Shown here: in pieces, positions 16,990 to 25,451 of the stretch | Layout of the letters: each line of letters starts with the position of its first letter | Numbering within the stretch: position 1 is the stretch's first letter | Assembly (NCBI GenBank): GCA_946646575.1 | Contig: CAMPCR010000003.1 | Coordinates: 1 to 45,473 of the forward strand | Direction: 5' to 3' | DNA: 45,473 nt | Source: an uncultured Verrucomicrobiota bacterium | GTDB taxonomy: Bacteria > Verrucomicrobiota > Verrucomicrobiia > Opitutales > UBA9783 | The notes under the pieces: model-generated | What the model saw: the letters and a program-made list of their open reading frames with translations, nothing else | Told to the model about the DNA's origin: nothing | Databases searched by the model: none | Program-made: the position numbers and the translations under genes

Positions 16990-18756
16990 ATGAAAAAAAC
17001 GCTTGTTTTCCTGTTTTGGATTACGACCGCACCGTTGTTCGGAGCGGATGTCCCGAGAATTCATTTCGTGACGGATGTCCAACCGAATCCCGTCGTTGTC
17101 GGAGAATCGGCGCGTTTTACGGTTGTTGCCGATGCGAATATACAAGACGATTATCCGTTTTCGCCGTTTGAAACAACGGACGGCATTCAGTTGGGACTTT
17201 CGGGGGTATCTTGGGAAAGTCGCAACATCAACGGCGAAGAAACCGCATTGACGATGTGGACGTTCGATTTGCAGGTACCTGCGGCGGGAACGTTCACCAT
17301 ACCCGAAACGGAAGCAACCATCGACGGAAAAACCTTCAAAGTCCCCGCAACGGAATTTACCGCCAAGGAAGATCCGAAACCGAAAACTCCGGCGCCGACA
17401 ACGCCCAAAAAGCCCGCCCTTTCGCCCATCGATACGAAATTTATTTTGGCGGGCTCTTTCCCAACGAAGTGGTACGTCGGGCAATGTTGTCCGGCAATCG
17501 TTCAGTTGCTGATCGGGAGTTCCGTTCGCGGGCAGGTGACAAGCTATCCGCAGAAAGACGGCGACGCGTTCTCCGCTTCGCAGCTGCTCAAAGATCCGCA
17601 AAAGAACACGGTACATCGCGACGGTCGCGCCTACGCCGCCCTTGAATGGCCGACGGTGCTTACGGCACTAAAGTCGGGAACGGGCGCGCTGTCGTTTGCC
17701 ATCAACATGGAGCTGGAACGCCCGATGACGGTAGGCAGTTTGTTTGACGATGACGATCCCATCAATATGCTGACGAAAGGTCTCGGCGTACGTTCCGTGG
17801 AACCGCGAACGCTGTCGACGGATAAGAAAACCGTCAACATTCTGCCGTTGCCGACACCGCAACCGCAAAACTTTACGGAGGCCATCGGTGAATTCCAACT
17901 GCTTCCGCCGAAAATGCTCGAAAAGGAATTTATTCAGAACGAACCGATGACATTGGTGGTCGATGTCACGGGAAGCGGCAATTTCGAGGCCATCCGCGCA
18001 CCGAAGTTGGTGTGCCCCGACGATCAATGGCGCACCTACGAACCGCAGATGAATTTTGAGGCAAAAGACAAGCTCGGATACGAGGGCACCATTCACTTTA
18101 CCTACACGCTGGTACCGTTGAAAGACGGAAACGTACCGTTGCCGACGGTTGAATTCTGCTATTTTCAACCGATTAAGGGACAGTACGAAACCCTGAAGTC
18201 GGTTCCCGATACGCTCTCGGTCAAACCCGCCATTCGTCAATTTTCGCCGTCAAGCGTTACGTCGCCGACCGATGCTCCGAGCAAAGCGAAAACACCCGCC
18301 CGCGTTCAACACGAACACACGATCACCATGGAGCCGATCACGCAGGTATCAACGCCCTCGTCATTGGTCTTCTGGGCAGTCCAGTGTCTCATCGGAACCA
18401 TCATGACGCTCGGTACGTTGCGTTATCGGAGGACGCACACGGCAAGTTACGTTACGCAAAAGGCGTCCAAACAGCAGTCGAGCGCATTGCGTAAATCTTT
18501 GGACGAGGCGTTTGCGAAGAAGGACGGCGCGGCGGTGTATGCGGCGGCGCATGCGTGGATTGAATTCGTGTTAAAGCAAAAGCAGACGTCCGTTGACGCG
18601 CTGTTGCAAAACCCACAGTGTCCGCTTTCGGATGCACAAAAAAATCAACTTCGAACCTTGGAGCAAACTTATCAACAAAGCCGCTTCGGATGCATGAAGA
18701 TTGATTGTCCGAGTTCGTTGGATGAAATTCTGAAACTGTTGGAGGCACTTTCATGA
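16990..18756 (+). CDS. batD: BatD-family protein (oxygen-tolerance operon; signal peptide plus C-terminal TM)
   Basis: ATG at 16990 (MKKTLVFLFWITTAPLFGADV). A beta-rich ectodomain is followed by a TM (LVFWAVQCLIGTIMTLGTL) and a helical cytoplasmic tail. Its position after batC is canonical. Confidence 0.8.
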   Translation: MKKTLVFLFWITTAPLFGADVPRIHFVTDVQPNPVVVGESARFTVVADANIQDDYPFSPFETTDGIQLGLSGVSWESRNINGEETALTMWTFDLQVPAAGTFTIPETEATIDGKTFKVPATEFTAKEDPKPKTPAPTTPKKPALSPIDTKFILAGSFPTKWYVGQCCPAIVQLLIGSSVRGQVTSYPQKDGDAFSASQLLKDPQKNTVHRDGRAYAALEWPTVLTALKSGTGALSFAINMELERPMTVGSLFDDDDPINMLTKGLGVRSVEPRTLSTDKKTVNILPLPTPQPQNFTEAIGEFQLLPPKMLEKEFIQNEPMTLVVDVTGSGNFEAIRAPKLVCPDDQWRTYEPQMNFEAKDKLGYEGTIHFTYTLVPLKDGNVPLPTVEFCYFQPIKGQYETLKSVPDTLSVKPAIRQFSPSSVTSPTDAPSKAKTPARVQHEHTITMEPITQVSTPSSLVFWAVQCLIGTIMTLGTLRYRRTHTASYVTQKASKQQSSALRKSLDEAFAKKDGAAVYAAAHAWIEFVLKQKQTSVDALLQNPQCPLSDAQKNQLRTLEQTYQQSRFGCMKIDCPSSLDEILKLLEALS

Positions 18757-19739
18757 GAATGTTTTTTAAAATGTTACGAAGGGTTTCCCGACGTTTCGAA
18801 GGGATGAACACACGGAACGCATCCGACGGGCAAGTTGAGGTCGGATGTTATTCGGGAAAGTGCTCCGAAGCAGTAAAAAATGCACTTAGCAGCACGGGAA
18901 ATTGTTTGAAAAGTGTCAAAAATCACTCCCTCAACCCGATTTTTTCTTTCTTTCACAAGCGTTTCCGTTGTTCAAAGTGCTTTTTCGGCAAAAAATTCCC
19001 GTTCTCCAACCCATTACGGGTCACCTCGGTACTCGGAACGTTTTGTCTCACCGTCAATCTGCACGCCGATGCCCTGTCGGAAACGCGACAGTTGGCACAG
19101 ATCGGAAACGGGTATTTCGGCGAAAAAAAATTCGACCTTGCCGTTGAATCCTACCAAAAAGCCTTGGCGCTCGGGAAAAGTCCGCAGCTGTATTATAATC
19201 TGGGACAAACGTATGCGAACCTTTCCAAGCCGGGGCATGCGTTGGCGTGTTTCTTAAAAGCCGAAACGCTGAAACCGCGTTGGGCACTCAATAAAAAAGC
19301 ACTCACGGAGCTTTTTGAGGAATATCCCGGTCTTTCAAAACCGCCGTTTCCGTGGTATCATACGGCGTTTCGGGTACTTTCCAAATGCACCTGGTGTTGG
19401 AGTTGCGCCGCGTTTTTCTGGATTTTCGTCGGTTTTGCGCTGTATCATTGTGTCGTAAAGAAAAGCAAAGTTCTCTTAACATTCGCCGTAATGTGTTGCG
19501 GATGTTTCATCGTAACACTGACGCTGATTTTCCTGAACAAACCGTACGAAAATCTTTGTCTGTTGCCGGAAAAAACCGTCGGGCATTACGCACCCGGCGA
19601 CAAAAGCCCGATGCGTTACGATTGGGCGGCGGGCACCTGTTGCAAAATTCGCTCCGAGGCGGCGGATTTTTATTTCGTCAGCACGCTCAACCAGGAAGAC
19701 GGTTGGGTAAAAAAGGATGCATTGATCCCGCTTAACTGA
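18753..19739 (+). CDS. batE: BatE: TPR + TM + SH3b-like protein with an unusual ~90-aa basic N-terminal leader
   Basis: The ATG overlaps the batD stop (ATGA at 18753-18756). TPR (GNGYFGEKKFDLAVESYQKAL...YYNLGQTYANL), TM segments (WCWSCAAFFWIFVGFALY, LLTFAVMCCGCFIVTLTLIF) and a C-terminal SH3-like region (FYFVSTLNQEDGWVKKDALIPL). No start codon lies near the signal-like segment. Confidence 0.7.
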   Translation: MRMFFKMLRRVSRRFEGMNTRNASDGQVEVGCYSGKCSEAVKNALSSTGNCLKSVKNHSLNPIFSFFHKRFRCSKCFFGKKFPFSNPLRVTSVLGTFCLTVNLHADALSETRQLAQIGNGYFGEKKFDLAVESYQKALALGKSPQLYYNLGQTYANLSKPGHALACFLKAETLKPRWALNKKALTELFEEYPGLSKPPFPWYHTAFRVLSKCTWCWSCAAFFWIFVGFALYHCVVKKSKVLLTFAVMCCGCFIVTLTLIFLNKPYENLCLLPEKTVGHYAPGDKSPMRYDWAAGTCCKIRSEAADFYFVSTLNQEDGWVKKDALIPLN

Positions 19740-19743
19740 CGCA

Positions 19744-21264
19744 ATGAGCGCCCTGCTCAAGTTAGTAACGGGGACGCTCTGTTCAAGGATCCTCGGATTT
19801 CTGAGGGATATTGTTTTTTTCGCCGTTCTGGGCTCTTCGCGGGAAGCATCCGCGTTTTTGATTGCCTTCGCACTTCCGAATTTGTTCCGTCGGTTGTGCG
19901 GCGAAGGTGCTCTGAGTGCGGCGTTCATCCCCGTTTTCGCGCAACGTTACGCCCAACAACCACAGACGGTCGGCGATTTTTTGAGTAAATTTTTCACGCG
20001 CTTCGGCATTTGGCTGGGACTTGCCGTCGGGATCGGCATGATTACATTGAGCATCGGACAAACGGTGATGCCGTCGCCCAAATGGCGGACGGTACTGTTT
20101 TTGACCTTGTGGATGTTGCCGTACCTGTGGTTCATTTGCACCGCGGCATTGCTGAACGGCGCGCTGAACGTACTCAATAAGTTCTCGCTGACGGCATTTT
20201 CGCCCGTTTTGCTGAACCTTTCGTTTCTCATCGGGCTCGCCCTGTGCCCGCTGTGCGAAACGGCACACATGCAGGTTTCGCTTTTGTCCGTCTGCGTGGT
20301 CATCGGCGGCTTTTTGCAGTACTTTCTCCCGAAACTTCAACTAAAACGCAACGGTTTTCGCTTAAAGTTTTGTTTAGAAAGCGATGCGGATGTGACGCGC
20401 GTCGGACAATTATTCCTGCCGGGCGTTTTCGGCGCGGCGGTGTTTCAGCTGAACGCACTGCTCGGACGTTTTTTCGCCTATACCGTTGACGACGGCGGTG
20501 CGTCGTTTCTGTATCTCGCCAACCGCTTCCTCGAATTGCCGCTGGGTTTGTTTTCGTTCTCGATCTTTTCGGTCGTTTTCCCGCAACTTTCGCTTCTTAT
20601 CGCCAAAGACGACACCCGTTCCTCCAAAATTTTGCTTCAAAACGGCATTCGTCTGTTGCTGTTGCTCCTCATCCCCGCCGCCGTCGGTTTGTTTATGCTC
20701 GCGGAGCCCATCTTAACGCTCTGCTTTCACTGGGGAAAATTTTCGCAAGCGGATATTCGCCAAGTGGTTCCGTTGCTGAAAATTTTCGCGCTCGGTTTGC
20801 CTTTATTCGGCTTAACGGCACTGTTCGCACGCATCTTTTACGCGCATAAGGATACCAAAACGCCTGTTAAAATTTCCGTTTATACCCTCGTTGCCTACGT
20901 ACTTTGCGCCGTTATGCTGATGAAACCGTTCGGTGTTGCGGGTCTCGCACTCGCCTCTCTTGTCAGCAACGCACTTCAATGGTTCCTGCAAATTTATTTC
21001 CTGCAACAAAAATACTCCGACCTCCGCGGTACGTTGCGCATTTTCCGAAAATTGCCGTGGATGGGCTTTGTTTTGTTTGCGATTTCTCTTTATTTTGCCT
21101 CAAACACTCTTCCGTGGTCGCTCGGCAAAACCCGCGATGCATTGCTTTTGAGTGCGCTTATTACCGCCGCCGTTGCGTTTTATCTTATTTTGTTAAAAGT
21201 TTTTGACAAAACCTCATTTCGGCAATTATTAAGCTTTCGGTTGGATGCGGAAGCGGAACGATAA
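19744..21264 (+). CDS. murJ: Lipid II flippase MurJ (MviN)
   Basis: 506 aa with about 14 TM segments. Typical N-terminus ...GTLCSRILGFLRDIVFFAVLGSSREASAFLIAFALPNLFRRL..GEGALSAAFIPVF. Confidence 0.9.
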   Translation: MSALLKLVTGTLCSRILGFLRDIVFFAVLGSSREASAFLIAFALPNLFRRLCGEGALSAAFIPVFAQRYAQQPQTVGDFLSKFFTRFGIWLGLAVGIGMITLSIGQTVMPSPKWRTVLFLTLWMLPYLWFICTAALLNGALNVLNKFSLTAFSPVLLNLSFLIGLALCPLCETAHMQVSLLSVCVVIGGFLQYFLPKLQLKRNGFRLKFCLESDADVTRVGQLFLPGVFGAAVFQLNALLGRFFAYTVDDGGASFLYLANRFLELPLGLFSFSIFSVVFPQLSLLIAKDDTRSSKILLQNGIRLLLLLLIPAAVGLFMLAEPILTLCFHWGKFSQADIRQVVPLLKIFALGLPLFGLTALFARIFYAHKDTKTPVKISVYTLVAYVLCAVMLMKPFGVAGLALASLVSNALQWFLQIYFLQQKYSDLRGTLRIFRKLPWMGFVLFAISLYFASNTLPWSLGKTRDALLLSALITAAVAFYLILLKVFDKTSFRQLLSFRLDAEAER

Positions 21265-21268
21265 CATC

Positions 21269-21901
21269 TTAAACACAAACCTGCTCCGTCGTATTTCCCG
21301 CTTCCTTATCGCCCGCCTTCACGCACGCAAACACCGCGTGTTTTCCGTTTCGTCCCGTACGCTCGGCAAAAAGCGTGTCGACCTTATAAACATGTTCATC
21401 CACACGTTCCCAATTCGGATGTTGCGCAACACAATCGCAAACGGCTTCAAAGTAATCGCCGTCGTCGGTTTCAAAATGCAACCGCGCGTTCGGAACGATA
21501 TGTTGTGATAATTGCGACAAAAACGCTTCCTGCAACAGCCGATGCTTATGATGGCGTTTTTTCGGCCACGGATCGGGATAAAACACCAAAATTTCGTTCC
21601 ATAAAAAACCCATCGGCAGACATCCGAGCAGTTCCTCCGCGCGCGCTTTCAGAAAGTGAACATTTGATACTTCCGCCCGTTGCGCTTTGCGTTGCGCCGC
21701 CGCCAATCGTTGCGCAATCAAATCAATTCCCAGGCAAAACCGTTCCGCATGCGCCTGCGCGTAACGCACCAAAAAATGTCCGTGCCCGCAACCGATTTCC
21801 AGGGTTTTGTAAATTTCTCCCGTCGGCAATAATTGCAGCAGTTTCTCCCTCAATGCCGCTTTGCGTGCGGCGGTTTGCGCTTCGTAAATTTCCCGCGTCA
21901 T
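21269..21901 (-). CDS. trmB: tRNA (guanine46-N7)-methyltransferase
   Basis: SAM motif LEIGCGHGHF and the TrmB signature VFYPDPWPKKRHHKHRL. Confidence 0.9.
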   Translation of the reverse strand: MTREIYEAQTAARKAALREKLLQLLPTGEIYKTLEIGCGHGHFLVRYAQAHAERFCLGIDLIAQRLAAAQRKAQRAEVSNVHFLKARAEELLGCLPMGFLWNEILVFYPDPWPKKRHHKHRLLQEAFLSQLSQHIVPNARLHFETDDGDYFEAVCDCVAQHPNWERVDEHVYKVDTLFAERTGRNGKHAVFACVKAGDKEAGNTTEQVCV

Positions 21902-21989
21902 CTTGTTTTTTTAAAAGAATTTAATAATAATAAAATCATGTCCGATATATCCAAGTAACGAAATCTTAAAAAAAATCTTTAAAAAACAC

Positions 21990-22017
21990 TTGACACGATT
22001 TTTCTTTTCCTGAGAAT
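21990..22017 (+). promoter_or_regulatory. Sigma70-like promoter candidate for the small acidic ORF
   Basis: TTGACA (21990-21995), 16 nt, GAGAAT (22012-22017). AAGGAAAG lies about 10 nt before the ATG at 22048. Confidence 0.35.
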
Positions 22018-22047
22018 AAAAGACGGCGTAAGGAAAGTTAAAAACCT

Positions 22048-22353
22048 ATGGAATCGAAAGAAATCTCAAAAGAGTTTGCCGGGAAGCTCGCTGGGTTATC
22101 GGCGGCGGCAAAAGTGGTTGCCCTCGCGGGTGCGGTGAGTGCCTACAGCGGAACGAGCTACGCGGCGGCGGAAGGTGCCATCAAAGCGGAGAATCGTATC
22201 ACCGCAACTATTTCAAACGAAAGCAAAGTGTCATCGGAAAAGGAAAAATCGAAAGAGGCTTCGGAGGGAGGTAAAGAATCTTCCGAAGAAGACAATGAAA
22301 ATGTTTTGGAAAGTGATGCGGACTTTTCCGATTCACCATCAAGACGGAAGTAA
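22048..22353 (+). CDS. Hypothetical small protein: one hydrophobic Ala-rich segment and a Ser/Glu/Lys-rich acidic tail
   Basis: 101-aa ORF with promoter-like and SD-like signals upstream. Hydrophobic segment LAGLSAAAKVVALAGAVSAY. No family recognised. Confidence 0.45.
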   Translation: MESKEISKEFAGKLAGLSAAAKVVALAGAVSAYSGTSYAAAEGAIKAENRITATISNESKVSSEKEKSKEASEGGKESSEEDNENVLESDADFSDSPSRRK

Positions 22354-22367
22354 CATCTCAGTTCATC

Positions 22368-22394
22368 AAGAAAGAAAGAAAGAAAGAAAGAAAG
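22368..22394 (+). repeat. Tetranucleotide simple-sequence repeat AAG(AAAG)6
   Basis: Six perfect AAAG units at 22371-22394 preceded by AAG, starting 15 nt after the stop of the small ORF. Confidence 0.95.
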
Positions 22395-22621
22395 AGGTTG
22401 AAACACTAGAGGTATTGAAAGGTATTTTGATGTATAGATGTAAAATTGCATCGTATGTCGTGTATTGTTGGATCTTTGGATCTCGGAATCGACGGAAGAA
22501 AATTGGAGGTGTGCGTCTGGGATCCGTTCTTGATGGATTTAAAAGGTAGTTTTACGGTACTGGTTGTTTTAGCAAAAAGAATTATAAATTAAAAATTTCA
22601 CCATCTACTCTTGCACTCGTA

Positions 22622-24505
22622 TTACATTCCTTCCCGTTTCGTGGCTCCTGTGTGCTTTTTCACCGCCACCATCAAAATCTGAATATCCGACGGATTGACG
22701 CCGCTGATGCGGGATGCATGCGCGAGATTGATCGGGCGCACGGAGGCGAGTTTTTGACGGCTTTCGTTGCGCAATCCGTGCACTGCGTTCCAATCGAAAT
22801 CTTTCGGTACGGTAATCGCTTCCAAATAACGCGTTTTTTCAACCTGTTGCCGTTCGCGTTCCAGATAGCCGCGGTAACGGATGCGGTAAAGCACTTCCTC
22901 CTTTACGGCTTCGTTCAATGCCGAAAACGCCTGCGGTAGCTCAGGGCAACGATAATTTTCCTCGCTCTGTTCGCGACGCAAATGATCGCCAAACGTCAAT
23001 CCGCCAACCGTCGAAGTCGTTTCCAACATCCGCACCCAGTAATCGACGGCTTCTTTTTTGGCGCATATCTTTTCCAAACGCCCGTCGCTCAAAGTATGAT
23101 AACGTTCCGACTTTTCCAAAAGGCGCAATTCCGCGCCGTGATGATTAAGCAAAAGCCGATGTTCGGCGCGTCCCGTGAACATTCGGTACGGCTCCTGTGT
23201 GCCTTTGGTCACCAAATCATCAATCAACACGCCGATGTAACTTTCGTGGCGCGACAAAACGCACGGTTCTTCATCTAAAATACTCGCGGCGGCATTGATA
23301 CCCGCAATCAGCCCCTGCCCCGCCGCCTCTTCGTATCCCGATGTGCCGTTGATTTGCCCCGCCAAGAATAAGCCTTTTAAGTGCTTGCTTTCGAGAGAAG
23401 GAAGTAAATCGGTCGGATCGGAGAAGGCATATTCCACCGCATACGCCGGGCGCAACATCACCGCTTTCTCTAAACCGGGGATGGTTTTCAGCATCGCCGC
23501 CTGAACGTCGATCGGCAAACTCGTTGAAAGCCCGTTGATATACCACTCGTCCGTACCGCAACCCTCCGGCTCCAGGAACAACCGATGGCGTTCGCGCTCC
23601 GCAAAACGCACACACTTGTCCTCGATGCTCGGACAGTAGCGCGGTCCCGTCCCGCGGATATTGCCGCAATAGAGCGCCGAACGTTGCAGGTTTTTGAGAA
23701 TAATTTCGTGCGTTTCGGACGTCGTATAAGTGACAAAACACGAATGCGCCCGCGTATTCGGCTGCCACGTCATCGGCGTGTTTAGAGCTTCCGAAGCGCG
23801 ATCTTCCTCGGTTCGCGTATCGTAAAACCCGAACAGACACGGATCTTCGTCGCTCTTTTGCTCTTCGCAAACGGAAAAATTGATTGTCTTCCCCAAAATC
23901 CTCGCCGGGGTTCCCGTTTTGAGCCAACCGAGGCGGAAACCCAGGGTTTGCAACTGTTCCAACAGCGCGACGCTTGCGTGATCGCCAATGCGACCGCCTC
24001 GGAAACAGGTCGAACCCACATGAAGCGTTCCGCCAAGGAAGGTACCGGTTGTCAAAATGACCGCCTTGGATGTGATCGAACCAATTAGCCGCGTTTGAAC
24101 GCCACACACCCGCCCGTCTTTGATCAATAAACCAACAACCTCATCTTGGAATAAGCGCAAATTCGGTTGTCGTTCCAGGCGGTATTTCATGGAAAATTGA
24201 TAACATTTCTTGTCGCATTGCGCGCGCGGCGCCTGCACGGCACTGCCTTTCGAACGATTGAGAACCCGAAATTGAATTGCCGTTGCATCGGCATTGACCG
24301 CCATCAACCCGCCGAGAGCGTCGATTTCGCGCACCATATGCCCCTTTGCCAATCCGCCGATGGAAGGGTTACAGCTCATTTGGGCAACGGTATCCAAATT
24401 ATAAGTTAATAACAACACCGACACGCCGCGCTTCGCCGCCATCGCCGCCGCTTCGCACCCGGCATGCCCTCCCCCGCACACAATCACATCAAAATCCGTC
24501 TCCAT
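22622..24505 (-). CDS. mnmG: tRNA uridine 5-carboxymethylaminomethyl modification enzyme MnmG (GidA)
   Basis: ATG at 24505 ([23 protein letters not shown] fold). GidA signatures run throughout ([25 protein letters not shown]). The track ORF starts at an upstream TTG. Confidence 0.95.
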   Translation of the reverse strand: METDFDVIVCGGGHAGCEAAAMAAKRGVSVLLLTYNLDTVAQMSCNPSIGGLAKGHMVREIDALGGLMAVNADATAIQFRVLNRSKGSAVQAPRAQCDKKCYQFSMKYRLERQPNLRLFQDEVVGLLIKDGRVCGVQTRLIGSITSKAVILTTGTFLGGTLHVGSTCFRGGRIGDHASVALLEQLQTLGFRLGWLKTGTPARILGKTINFSVCEEQKSDEDPCLFGFYDTRTEEDRASEALNTPMTWQPNTRAHSCFVTYTTSETHEIILKNLQRSALYCGNIRGTGPRYCPSIEDKCVRFAERERHRLFLEPEGCGTDEWYINGLSTSLPIDVQAAMLKTIPGLEKAVMLRPAYAVEYAFSDPTDLLPSLESKHLKGLFLAGQINGTSGYEEAAGQGLIAGINAAASILDEEPCVLSRHESYIGVLIDDLVTKGTQEPYRMFTGRAEHRLLLNHHGAELRLLEKSERYHTLSDGRLEKICAKKEAVDYWVRMLETTSTVGGLTFGDHLRREQSEENYRCPELPQAFSALNEAVKEEVLYRIRYRGYLERERQQVEKTRYLEAITVPKDFDWNAVHGLRNESRQKLASVRPINLAHASRISGVNPSDIQILMVAVKKHTGATKREGM

Positions 24506-24558
24506 GTTGCTTTGCTTTACCAAAAAAACGCCCGCACTGCAACCTGCCTGCTTGCTTC

Positions 24559-25356
24559 TTATTCGCCTCTCTTTTTCGGATACACAAAACCGCGATCGTG
24601 CGTTTGGTGCGTAAAGAACTCCAAAAATTGTCGCCCGCGTTCGGTTTTAAATTCACCTTTTTCCAATGCCGCCAAGGCCTTTTTTTGAAACGAACGCGAA
24701 TCGCCGCCGTACACCGCGCGATATTGCTGCTTTATGTCGGAAATCTCCGCGGACGAAAACCCGCGCCGTTGCAACCCGATAAGATTCAGATTGGAGATAT
24801 TGTTCCGTCCCAACACCGTCACGAACGGCGGGATGTGCATCGTAATTTCCGCATTGCCGGAGATAAACGCGCTCTCGCCGATGTGCACGAATTGATGCAC
24901 CATGGAACCGCCACTGAGAAAAACATAATCCTCAATAACCACGCATCCCGCCAAAAGTACCAAATTCGCCAAAATACAGTGATTTCCGACGACCGTATCG
25001 TGCGCGACATGCGAATATGCCATCAACAGGCAATCTTCTCCGACGCGCGTTTGTTGACCAGTCTGCGACGCCCGATGAACGGTGACGCCTTCGCGCAAAA
25101 CGGTTCGATCGCCGATGAAGACACCGCTTTCGAAATCAAAATTCTGCCCGACGATTTGCGGATCATCCCCCAAGACGACGCCCGCATGCACCTCGACGTC
25201 ATCCCCGAGCACGGTCCCTGTCTTTATCACGACATGTTCTCCGATGCGCACCCGTCGCCCCAATCGAACGCCGCGTTCAATCACGCAGAACGCACCGAGC
25301 ACCGCATCGTCCGGTACTTCAACGGAAGTGTTAATCAATGCCGTCGGATGGATCAT
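24559..25356 (-). CDS. lpxA: UDP-N-acetylglucosamine O-acyltransferase LpxA
   Basis: ATG at 25356 (MIHPTALI...). Left-handed beta-helix hexapeptide repeats, then a helical C-terminal domain ([11 protein letters not shown]...I). It stands alone, without lpxD-fabZ-lpxB. Confidence 0.9.
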   Translation of the reverse strand: MIHPTALINTSVEVPDDAVLGAFCVIERGVRLGRRVRIGEHVVIKTGTVLGDDVEVHAGVVLGDDPQIVGQNFDFESGVFIGDRTVLREGVTVHRASQTGQQTRVGEDCLLMAYSHVAHDTVVGNHCILANLVLLAGCVVIEDYVFLSGGSMVHQFVHIGESAFISGNAEITMHIPPFVTVLGRNNISNLNLIGLQRRGFSSAEISDIKQQYRAVYGGDSRSFQKKALAALEKGEFKTERGRQFLEFFTHQTHDRGFVYPKKRGE

Positions 25357-25451
25357 GGATGATTTAGTGTACAATACTTTTTTCTGATATAAAAATAAAG
25401 TATTTTCATTGGACGATTTTTTATACTACTCTAATCAGAGTGGAAGAAACA

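Noticed and set aside
21265-21268. Convergent murJ and trmB stops only 4 nt apart with no terminator hairpin
   Set aside because: This is merely tight packing, and nothing in the sequence is worth following up.
23271-25362. ORFs 23271-24107 (-) and 24346-25362 (+) overlapping mnmG and lpxA
   Set aside because: They are out-of-frame or antisense overlaps of two unambiguous housekeeping genes, and their products look like noise.
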